Positions 52,861 to 64,000 of a stretch of 64,000 nucleotides of DNA are shown piece after piece. The notes under the pieces are model-generated. The model was not told the DNA's origin. It worked only from the letters and a program-made list of their open reading frames with translations, and did not search any database. The stretch comes from Eledone cirrhosa (taxonomy: Eukaryota). The stretch covers positions 48,174,001 through 48,238,000 of the forward strand of contig OZ024746.1 of the NCBI GenBank assembly GCA_964016885.1, read 5' to 3'. How positions within the stretch are numbered: position 1 is the first letter of the stretch; every line of letters starts with the position of its first letter. The position numbers and the translations under genes were made by a program.

Positions 52861-53794
52861 CTAGCAGTAAAGCCCAGCGTTGCTCGGGGTCGCTCAGTAG
52901 CTGTGTTAAAGTTACAATGTTAAGTTTCTTTCTTGGCTTAAAAACTGTAGTGTCTACTGTGCAGACTTGCATGTGGTGTTTTTGATTAATATTCCCTCAA
53001 CCAACAATATGCCTTATGAAGTTAAGAAAACATAACGATAACCTGAATGTTATAACAAAAGAGGATGCTGGGGATAGAAACTGCACTGGTTATTTATTAA
53101 CAAAGATCGAAAATGTAAACACTGCAACGCAGAGAAAAACATTAGCATAACCAAATTATCAGTTATGTCTGTCTGCACGCCTATATCACCTCTCTGCACA
53201 ACTGTCTGTCTGCACGCCTATATCACCTCTCTGCACGACTGTCTGTCTGCACGCCTATATCACCTCTCTGCACGACTGTCTGTCTGCACGCCTATATCAC
53301 CTCTGCACGACTGTCTGTCTGCACGCGTATATCACCTCTCTGCACGACTGTCTGTCTGCACGCCTAACGACGAAATATTTGCTTGTTTTACGTAGTCTTT
53401 AATTAGACTTGTTTTCAAGTAAAAATATTGTTTTAAAATGCTTTTAAATGGAAATGAAGCAAAACGGAAGCTTAGTGTTCGAACTGATGAATTTTGCAGG
53501 TCAATATTTTGCTGGCTCGACAACTGTTAAAGCCAGCGTAATTTTTTACGTAAGACGCTCAATGTAAACAGAACAAAGGGAAATAACTGATAACTTACGC
53601 TCAAAACTCGATACATTATATTCGATTTCGTCACATAGGGTGGGTGAATTTGAAATTTTTTTTTTTCCGATGTCTTCGCTAGGGCTCAATGTACAAGTAT
53701 AGCAATTTCGGTGCAATTCCGTGAGAGATTCTAAGAGGAGATGTGTGCCAAAAATCGATAGACAGACAGACAACCACAGTTTTATATATATAGA
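52861..53794 (-). mobile_element. Non-autonomous Helitron (934 bp)
   Basis: Minus strand A|TCTATATATATAAAA ... CCCGAGCAACGCTGGG hairpin ... CTAG|T: 5' TC, 3' CTAG, subterminal hairpin, AT target, no TSD; CpG-rich relative to flanks. Confidence 0.9.
53166..53366. repeat. 37-bp tandem repeat x~5.5 inside the Helitron
   Basis: Unit TGTCTGTCTGCACGCCTATATCACCTCTCTGCACGAC. Confidence 0.95.
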
Positions 53795-56700
53795 TTACAC
53801 TTATTTCAATAAACACTAAACTGAAAATATCCTCAACACACCCCTCAACCTAAACGTTATTAAACTACTGTATCAATTGATCAGTCTTTTATTCACATAT
53901 GATTTCTGGTTGGTGTTTAATGTTTGTCAAGATGGGTGTAATCATTGTCAACCACAAGTGGTAAAATAAAGATTTATTGCTAGAAGTTCTGGTGTTTGAG
54001 TAGTTCTGATTATATGAATATGTACAGAATATATTTAGCTTCATAGATTAGCCATGAAAACAGCAACATACTCCAGTGCATTACAGTCTTTCAGTGTCTT
54101 GTGAACAGATATATCAGCCACAATGACAGTTACCAACTTATTAAAAGTTCTATTGCCACAATTATCCAATATCCTGCATTCCAGGATGCACTGCATGAGT
54201 GAGACTTTATGCAGTTGTTCAATGTGCAAGGAAAAGCAGCCATATCTTCCACAAATTACCTAGTACCATCTTAAAAAAGAAAAATATACAAAAATACAGG
54301 GTTGTCATCACAGTTGTTGTAACATCTTTCATCAACGGTCTGCTTGATTAGATCATAAACAACAATAAAATGAAAAGCTAACTGTATGCTACCAGTTGTC
54401 CTAAGTAAAAATCAAGTCTACAGAGAGGAAGAGGAGGTGCTTTTCCACATTTTTCTAGATTGCTCTATTAACTAACATGTTCATACTGCATGCTTTTTAT
54501 TGTGGCACCATCAAAACCAGAGAAGTTTTCATATCTTTGCCCAGACTAATGGGTCCACTCAACCCTACATTGTCTTTGCTTGTTTGCTAACAACCTTACA
54601 AAGTGCAGTGTCTGCATTTTATTGCAGACCAATGACATTGCTGTTAATATTGTTATCTTAAATTAAATTCCAAATGATCCTTCTTACTTCATAGACATTG
54701 CAATAAACCCATTTATATGTATGGTAAATATACTAGATATAAAGATGAGAAATAACAGCTGAATGTAGAGGACAATACAGTGTTCTATATTTTCCAAAGA
54801 TTAATTAGAAAACAAGATTAACATATTAAACATAAAAGAATGAATGATTTATTGATGTGAGTGATTGAACTACAATCCAATTTCACTTTTCTTTTTTAAT
54901 TTGTTAATTTAAATATTTTTATATATTCTTAAAATTCATCACATATATAAGATTATCCTTTTCTAAAGCCAACTATGAAATTGATTTCTGGAGAAGAGAA
55001 AAATAATTACTTAAGTGTTGAAAGCACGAGATTCACAAATATAATAAAAATAAATAGACATCTAGAATATTCAACTAAAGTATTAATATTTTTTTGTCTA
55101 TCAACTAAGTGAGTTTGGCAACGAAATTGAGTGGTGGGGGAGAGATCCTTTACATTACTTTCCAGTTTGCACATTTCAAATTAAGATTTAAATAGATATC
55201 CTAGCAATTTCATTAATTCCTCACTAATATCATAAAGTAGTTAAATCCTTACAAATAACAGATTTGTAGGTATTAAAAAAAAAAAAATCATAGGGTAGCA
55301 AAGTTTCTTCAATCTTGCCAAGTCTATGACACCCTCTCTAGTGATGGTATCATGATAAAATGCACCCAGTACAACTGTAAAGTGGTTGATATTAGGAAGG
55401 GCATCCATTTATAGAAACCCAACCTAATATGGACTACATGAGCAAGATGCAGTTCTCTGACTTGTCTATTCTTAGACTGCAATAACGTGTCCAAACATGC
55501 CAGCAAAAAAAATTGACAAAATGATGATGGTAAGTTTAATCAAAATAGTAATAATCCTGACATAATTATATAATGAAATGATGGTTTTCATCAAATCAAC
55601 ATTTGACTATATAATTGTAAGAAAATTTCATAAATGCAATGTGCTCTTTTTAAAATATCCTCAAATACTAAAAGCAGAACGAAGACATTAATTACATCAT
55701 AATTGTGTATTTCATCATAAGAACATTTCTACATTAATTACAGAAAATTAGACATCTTACTGAAGAAAAAATAGATGCATTTGTAAAGGAAATAGAATAT
55801 TATTGTCTGACATTCATACATATCTGAAAAGAATGGACAGCATGTATTAAGTAGTGAGGCTCATCAAGTCAGAGCATATCCTGGTATAATTGGCATTAAG
55901 CAAATGAGGGTACATGACTTCTCACTTAATGAGATACAAGCCCATTGCAAGGTTAAGCCCCTGCTGCTCTTTCTAGTACTTATTTTCAACTAAATAGACT
56001 GGAGAACGTAAAATAAAATGTACTGCCCAGACACAACATGCCATTCAGTCTGGGTAATGAACCCACATTACAATTGCAAGCCCAATATCCTAGTCACTAG
56101 GTCATGTGCCATCAGAATGAATAGCATTAGTGAAACAAAAATGAAGCATTTTAACAAAATCAAACTGAATTCAAATGCTTTACAGACCCAGTCCACTGAG
56201 AAGTTATTCCTATCAATTGAAGAAAATTAATTTTACCAATACCATTTTGTTTTCAGTTAATCACTTCATGTAATTCAGTAAATGAAAGAGAAAAAAATGA
56301 GAATTACACCCAAATGCTATTAACCTAATGGTTAATAGCATTACTTCAATATCTTTAATTCTTCTGAGCATTAGATTTGATTTATATTTATTTCTGTTTC
56401 CAAGAAACTTCCAACTTTTATCAGCTTGGCTATTTCAAGAAAAAGAGTATCTTTTAAGTCAAATCAATTTCCATTCTTGTACTTATTTTCTATATTTTTA
56501 TATTTCTTCTTATTCATCATCATTTCTATCAATGTAATTTAACATAACACCAATGAACTAATGAAGAACAACGATACCTAACCTTCAAGATTCTTCACAT
56601 GTTATGCTGCAAGTTAGGGGAATGCATTTTAAAACAAAGCAGATCAAAGGAATCACTAGTGTTGTTTGAACAAGTGAAATTATCTTGCTGCAGTGTTAGG

Positions 56701-56976
56701 TGGCCTATATAGAGAAGAAATAGCTCTACTTATTTACTGTGTAATTAGTTACACATGATTACATTATGCCTTGGAGGTAAAGGAAAATTATAATTTCTTC
56801 AACTAACAACAGATAAACTGTAGAGTCATAAGAAAGTTGCAATTCTGCTCTAATTAGTCACAAATGCTCATTTGTCTTCTGACTTTTGGATTCTTCAACA
56901 TTTGACTAATAAACAGCTTAAGTTTCTCATAATATCATAAATATATCAAATATTTACTATTGCTGTAATAATTATC

Positions 56977-57295
56977 ATTCTGTGTTCAAATCCTGCCATG
57001 GTTAGCTTTGCCTGTCATCCTCATAGGATCGATAAAATAAAGTACCAGTAATCCACTAAGGTTGATTTTAATTACTTCCCCCAAAATTCTTGGCCTTGTG
57101 CCTAAATCAGAAACAATTATAATTACTACTGCTGTAATTATTATCATTCTGTTTTCAAATCCTACCATAGTTAGCTTTGACTTTCATCCTTATAGGGTTC
57201 ATATAAACAAAGCACTAGTAACACACTCAGGTTGATCTAATCAACTTTCTCCTCCATTTCAAATTGATGGCCTAGTGCCAAATATAGACATAACT
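56977..57295 (+). mobile_element. Two tandem degenerate SINE S1 copies
   Basis: TTCAAATCCT B-box and core motif twice. Confidence 0.75.
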
Positions 57296-59202
57296 ATTTC
57301 TACTACTAATACTACAATGTATAATATTAATCCTCTCCTAAACCACAAAGATCCATGGAATCAGTACTTTCTGAAAATAAGTCAAAGAAAAAAATCCCCT
57401 GAATAGAATTCTAGTCTATCAGAGATTGCTGTTATATCCACCAGCACTGCCGGTTAATGTAACATAATTCAATACTGCTAATACTTTTTTCAACAGTGGA
57501 GTATACAACCCTTAGTAAAGAGGCATGCCAATGAAGGTCTATGTAGTTACACAACCTAATAAAGATACACACATTTTCTTTACTTGCTAGCAATAGCACC
57601 TTAATTCCCTCAGATCATCTTGAATTTCCAGCAACCCACTAAAGTAGCTAACTACACTGACACAGACAGCACAATGTGTCATTCCCAATCATCTAAACTA
57701 GATATCAGCAGCAGCTGCTGCAACTCAGGTGAATTGAGGGAAATTCTTGTGCTTTTATATTACAGTAGGGAAGGTGTAAGGAGAGTTTTTCCACCTTCAT
57801 AATGAGTTTTTAAAGAATAAACAGAGATTTTGTAGTGAAAAGATCTTTAATATTAAATATAGGGGCAATCTGCTAACAGCTTACCCTGAATTATTATTAT
57901 AGAATTTATGTTAGTCGGACAGAACAAATAATTCTGCACAGCTCTGGAATGAATGGTGCTGGAAATTTAGCATTGTACCTGTATTATGCCAGCCTTTACC
58001 AAGCAGATCTATGATCAACCACATTCCAACCATGATCTCAACATCGTTTTCCAGACATTGTATATAATCCAATGACCCCTCCCATGTTTTAAGACAGTAG
58101 AGTGTGACTATCATCTATTATTATCAAAGTAATGACTTTCTAAAACGAAACAAAACAAAAATCACAAAAAACAAAACAAAATGCCTAATAGTATTTAATT
58201 TCATCCTTCTCCATTCTGAATTTGAATCCATAGAGTCATCTTTGACTCTTTCCTTTGGTGCCATTAAAATAAATACCAGTAATATACTAGTTTAATACGA
58301 TTACACCTTACTACCTCGATAAAAAAAAATAGCAACCACAACAAAAAGTCCTTCCTCATAAGGTGGTTAGTTAGTAGTTGATATAGTAGACTGCAAAACT
58401 ACATTCTTTGCTAAATATAGTTTAGTACTTCTCGTTTCAATTTACTATTTTTCTGTCAATTAGGGTTGATAAAATTAGTACTAATTTTAATATAGCTGAA
58501 AAGATTAATTTTGAGAGCAAATGGCATGGATGATAGAAACTCTAAGCAAAAAAATGTTACAGAAAACTTTTAGTCTAAACACATTTTCTAGCAACAAAAT
58601 TTATTTCTCATATGAAATCACCACCTCTCTCTCTCCTTCTCTCTCTCAAATATGGTTTTGCTAATGAAATTTTTTATACTTGATTTAGTAAATTTTAGTA
58701 ATTTTATTTTGCTAAAAATTAATTTTCCTGCTGACAAATCTGCACAGGAAATTTTTCAGTTGTTTTTAATGTTCAAAGATAACCGATATTTTATATAATG
58801 TTCATTTCATTAAGCATTTGTATTTCAGTGTATTCATGGGTTAAATAGGTCTATCAGAGAAACCTATCACCATAGAAACTACACAAAAGCAATTGTAACA
58901 GAGGCGAGAAAAGATTTACAAACTGATGCACTTCAACAAAAGTATGAGGAATATTGCTAAAATGAATACAAAATACAGACAAGAATATCTTATGAACAGT
59001 AAAAAAAAAACTCAAAACAATTCATTCATAATATTGCTAAAAGACATAGAATCCATTTAACTGTTTTCCATTAAAAGGTTGCATAGCAAAATAAACACAG
59101 GGAATATGTATATTTGACTTTTGATATTTTTCAACATTAGAAATAGAGTGTGCTAGAGCATTTAGTTTTAGCCCTGTTCTGACCAAGTCAACTTAGTCTT
59201 AA

Positions 59203-59354
59203 CACGTTAGCATTTAAACTGGCTGTATCTGGCCAGAATTCTCTCATCTTGTTCTGTTCAAGCCAGCCACAACCAGCTGCTCATAATTATGTTAACGTAT
59301 TGTTCTCAAAATAATATTAAAATCTCGTAGATTCTGAATGTAAATGCTAAAGGG
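59203..59354 (-). mobile_element. MITE family A copy with internal deletion
   Basis: TTAA on both sides; TIRs recognisable. Confidence 0.8.
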
Positions 59355-59759
59355 TTAATACTTTCCTTATTATGTCAACAGAACTGACTGACACTGACTG
59401 ACTACTAAGCTACCTCCACTTATGCCTGAGCCCAGTCCAGCGCAGCGCACCACACCACATGCACAAATTGGCCTTTTACTAATATGAAATCAATACTATC
59501 TAGCCATAAATGTCCAAAGCACTACAAAACAAGACTGTTACAAACAAAATTACAAGAACAAATTAAATTTTTAAATATTTATTTTTCTTTTTGTATCGTT
59601 ATTTATTCTTTCTGCCTCTTTTCGTTCAATAACTGCTGCCAGAGTGGAAATAAATTAAAGATTTAATTAATCTAAGACTAAAGTGGGCATTATCAGCCAC
59701 AGGTGAAATATTTAAATGTATGTCAGGGATTCAGAGATAAATAATGTTCATTATATATC

Positions 59760-59940
59760 TGGCAGTATCGGTAGAGGGTCGGACGCCATGCTTTGCAGCA
59801 CAGAATTACGGGTCTTTACGGTCCGAGTTCAAATCCCGCTGAGGTTAACTTTGCCTTTCATCCTTACAGAGTCGATTAAATAAAGCACCAGTAATGCACT
59901 GGGATAATTGCTGGCCTTGTGTCAAAAATAGAAACAATTA
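59760..59940 (+). mobile_element. SINE S1 copy with 14-bp target-site duplication
   Basis: ATTATATATCTGGC at 59750-59763 and 59937-59950. Confidence 0.88.
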
Positions 59941-60440
59941 TATATCTGGCTAACCTATAATATGTATAATTAGTTGGTTGATTAAAAATAAGGCAAAATA
60001 TATATGAAATTAAACTAATAGTTTATTAATGTAATCATACTTATCATGAGCCTCCTCCCCCCTTTTTTGTTGTTGTTGAGGCAGCACCTTATGGTCAAAT
60101 GCCTTTCCTGGTGCTAACCCTTTTAGCTATCTCTTATGACATGCAGAGATATGTTGTACCTACTATTCTAAACCAGATGAACACAGTTATAAAGGATGAT
60201 GGGAATAGAGACAGTGATGAATGTTGTGAAGAGAAATGGAATAAGATGGCTTAGTCATGTGTTGAGGAAGGATGAAAATGATTGAGTGAGAGGAGTGATG
60301 AAAATAAATGTGGAAATAAATGGAAGTAGAAGAAAAGAAAAAAAAACAAGAAAGACATGGCTAAAGATAGAGGAGGAATTGAAAACTTGATGTTTGGTGA
60401 TAGGGAACACAAAGGATAGAGCAAAATAGAATGGCTCAAG

Positions 60441-60637
60441 ATTTAAACCAGTCATATCTGGCCAGAATTCTCTGACCTCTTTCTGTCCAAACTGCCCATA
60501 ACCGGCTGCTCATACTTATAATAAAGTATTGTCCTCAAAATAAATATCAAAATCTCATAGATTCGATATTATGTGAGATAATTATATGCGGTAAAATGTT
60601 TACCATGAAAATACAATAGTAAATAAATGCTAAAGGG
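60441..60637 (-). mobile_element. MITE family A copy
   Basis: Right TIR plus TTAA intact. Confidence 0.82.
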
Positions 60638-61429
60638 TTAAAATATTTGTTGTGTTTTTTTTTTCTAAAGCAACCACAGGGGTCATGTAACAGCTTTCCA
60701 CTTCACCACATGGCACTTTGCATCTTCATTGAAGTCTGCAAGTAGATTTGAGTTTCATGAGTTGGGTAGCAGTGAGTGGACAAGGCAGTGCTCCATAACC
60801 TGTGGAAAGGCAAATCAGACTGAGTCAATCCTGTAGCTCAATCTAACCAAAGCAGCTTTGATTACACTGCTCTTGTTCTCGGGCAATTGTGTGCCTTTAA
60901 CTAATCCTACAGCTGAAAGTTGTTATGTTGCTCTTTAATTGAAGGGTTATGTTGCTCTTTAATTGAAGGGTTATGATTTCAAACTTTTCTACAACCATTG
61001 TATATTGTCCTTGATCATACATTAATGCTTGCCTCGACTTGCCTGCCTTGTTAACAGTTTGTTGCATTTCCATTAAATGGTTCAATGTTAAATAGAAGAA
61101 AGTGCATCTATCTGTAAAATCAATCTCTCCAACACAATGCTCCAAGTTTGCAAAAACTATTTTGCTAATGCTATCATAAGAAAGAAAATGAGTGAAAGAA
61201 GAAAGTAGAAAATAATACCTAGACAGATAAATATAATCTGGAAGCACAGAAATAGTTACTAAATATGTTTATCATTATCATCATCATCATCATATCACAT
61301 CACATCTGTTTTTCATGCTGTCATGGTTTTTACGTCTGCTGTTCCATACTTGCATGCGCTGTCTCAAAACAGGTGAAGTGGAAGCCAAGGACACCATGGG
61401 AAGTTGAGGAAACAAAAGGAGACAAGATT

Positions 61430-62360
61430 AATTGATAACAACATTCCATGTAAATAAGAACAGGGACAAACCAACATATTTAAAGCCTGTGAAAACAGGT
61501 GCCCTCACAGAACGTTTTTTGGATGTCTACAACAAGTCCCTAATGGGAATAGACGAAATATATGGGTGTTGGAAAGCATTGTTCCTATTCCTAAAAAATG
61601 GTAACCTAGGCATGACATGAAATTATAGAAATATGAATTTATCAGTAGCCTCTGCGAAAATTTACAAGATGCTATTGTAATGAATCAGACACACCTTGGA
61701 AACAATCCTCAAAACCAGCCAAAATAGATTTCACTCATCTACAACACAAATTCTTTCTTTACAAACAAGGGTGTGAAGTGTAGAGATCAGAATCTGAAAG
61801 CAATACTAACATTTGTGGATCTCAGGAAAAACCTTTTATGATTTATCACTACAAATTCTAAAATCTTATTGTATTTCAGAGGAGATTGTAAATGCCATCA
61901 ATATTATCTATGAGTACTCTTAGCAGATCATGACAAGGGATTTGCAGTGGTACTCCAAGGTAACACTCTGACAAGATACCTTTTTGTTATAACCTTAGTT
62001 TATACTATGAGAATTGCCAGAGCTAACCACTCAAGTGGAATCACACTCACCAAAAGGTGTGAACAAAGACATCTAATTAAAATAATAACTGATACAGGTT
62101 TTGTAGATGATATTGTGTTATTATCAGATCTAGCTAAAGAAAACCATGTACTGTTAAAAGAAAGTGGAAATTGCAGCTGAGCAAATTGATCTATACCTGT
62201 TGATCTCTCTTAAACAGCATCAAGTAGACATCATTATCGCTATAGAAACCAACTCATGGCAAAAGACTGAACAGAAGGCCTCACTTTATGTACATTAACC
62301 AACTGGTACAGAATTGGAGAAACTGCCTGCTGCTATGGACAATCGTGTCTATTAGAGGTT
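61430..62360 (+). pseudogene. Heavily degenerate LINE reverse transcriptase (RTE/RTE-X-like)
   Basis: Fragmentary motifs PIPK.G.L, NYR, TFVDLRK, VLQGNTLTRYLFVI, GFVDDIVLLS across frameshifts and stops. Confidence 0.75.
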
Positions 62361-64000
62361 ATTTATTGGGATCGTCTGAGTTTGCTTCATTCAATATTTA
62401 TATATTTATATATATATATATATCATATATTAGTCAGAGAAGGAAACGTAGTGCCCATGACCATTTTCAAACCTCCAAGGGAGGAAAATACCCTCAAACT
62501 GGAAAACTGGTCTGAATGCATCTAACATCCGAGGGCCAAGAAGTGGCGTTAAACTAGATGATGGATGAAGTGTATCACCTAAGTATAAGCACAGTGGGAT
62601 TTGAACTCAGAATGTAAAGAGCCACAAGTACCACAAAGCATCTCCTCCAATTTACCTATAATTTACCATTGCTCTAAATTGGTACTTTTCTTTTATCAAT
62701 CCTGGATGAATGAAAGGCCAAGTTAATCTCAGTAGCATTTGAACTCAGATTTACAGAGAACCAGGGTAAATACTGTAAGACATTTCACTCTACTTTCTAA
62801 TGACTCAGTCAATTTGCCATCTATTATCAATCTGCTGCCTATGGAAACGTATAAATATTATTCAGTATGCCTCTAACAGTGTATTCTCTGTAGCAAGCTT
62901 TCAGACAAGGTCTCCCATCCCAAGGTAACTTAATATTTTTATGGGTTTCTCCAGCAATCTATCTATTGTTTTTGCAACAATTTATGTATTGCGACTTCTT
63001 TATTCCTTTTCCCTTCAAAAGCTATCAGTGATGCCTTTCTTCCTCTGATCTTAGGGAAATGTGGCTGTTATTTCTAACAGATAAAGTTATGTTGTTGTTC
63101 AAGGTGGTAGGAAGCTAGCTGAAGGAGATTTGGTTGTTATTTCTAATGAGTCAAACAACTATATAGAGGCTGATGGTTTTACTATTATGAATTGTGTTCT
63201 AAAAATCCCCAGTTTTCTGTATTTTGTATTTTCTAACTCTTTACACCACTACAATCAATGTCCCCATTACCACAACCAGCACTGCCATCACCATCAGCAA
63301 CACTGCCACTAACCCCAGTATTCAGAAACAATGGCTATCAAATCAATCTTTTAGCCCTTCATCACAATGGTTTTCATTGGTCAGACACTAAGAGAAAGTA
63401 ATTACAGACTTGCATTAAAATTTGTTATCGATAATTAAAGTGATATTCTTTAAAGAACAAAAGGAAAAGTAACAAACAATCTATGAGCAAATAATATATA
63501 ATGTTTTAATTATAGTAAATTGAAAAAGTTTATTGAACCACATACACACAAACAAAACAATAGTTAGCTTATTATTATTATTAATATTATTATGGCATTT
63601 AAATAATCAGTAAAACAGAAGATGTAAACATTAAGAATATGATAATATAAACATCTGGAGTAATTTGTGTCTAAGATTATTTTTCAAGTTTTTGATACAA
63701 CTATATTACAGATAATATTTATAATTAGTGGTAAGAAACATTAATCAATTTGATACAAATTTGGCCCAAACTGTACCTAGTTCTAAGAAACAAAATCACC
63801 AATATTAAAAAGTTCCAGTTTAAATTAAAATCTTCCAACAATTTTATATAAGAACCATATTTTAGGATGCTATTATAGTAGATTGAAATAGTTAATAATT
63901 TTAGTAAATCTTTCAAAATTCTTCATTACTCAGCTGAAATAGAATGTACTTCACTAAAAATACAGTAATGAAAAGGTTAATACTAATTGGTATGCTATAG

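Overview
AT-rich eukaryotic DNA, apparently intronic or intergenic and dominated by repeats. The repeat landscape of (TA)n/(CA)n/(GAT)n microsatellites, RTE LINEs and tRNA-derived SINEs resembles an octopus (coleoid cephalopod) genome; that is an inference, not a database result. No host gene can be firmly called, only a few weak minus-strand exon candidates. Identifiable content: RTE-type LINE fragments (one with a PHD finger inside the RT), a degenerate LINE RT fossil, ~12 copies of a TTAA/CCC piggyBac-type MITE plus a second such family, many SINEs (often in tandem), a non-autonomous Helitron, and a 5'-truncated Penelope-like element (GIY-YIG) with a ~690 bp inverted terminal repeat. The main signal is a recurring non-coding system: five complete type I hammerhead ribozyme motifs (4749-4794, 5095-5173, 15177-15253, 16706-16793, 18281-18368) and several half motifs. 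They lie mostly in short ORF-less elements beside (TA)n tracts, often as snap-back inverted duplications, which suggests diverse Penelope-dependent, retrozyme-like elements that also generate long dsRNA hairpins. All structures and alignments were derived by eye.
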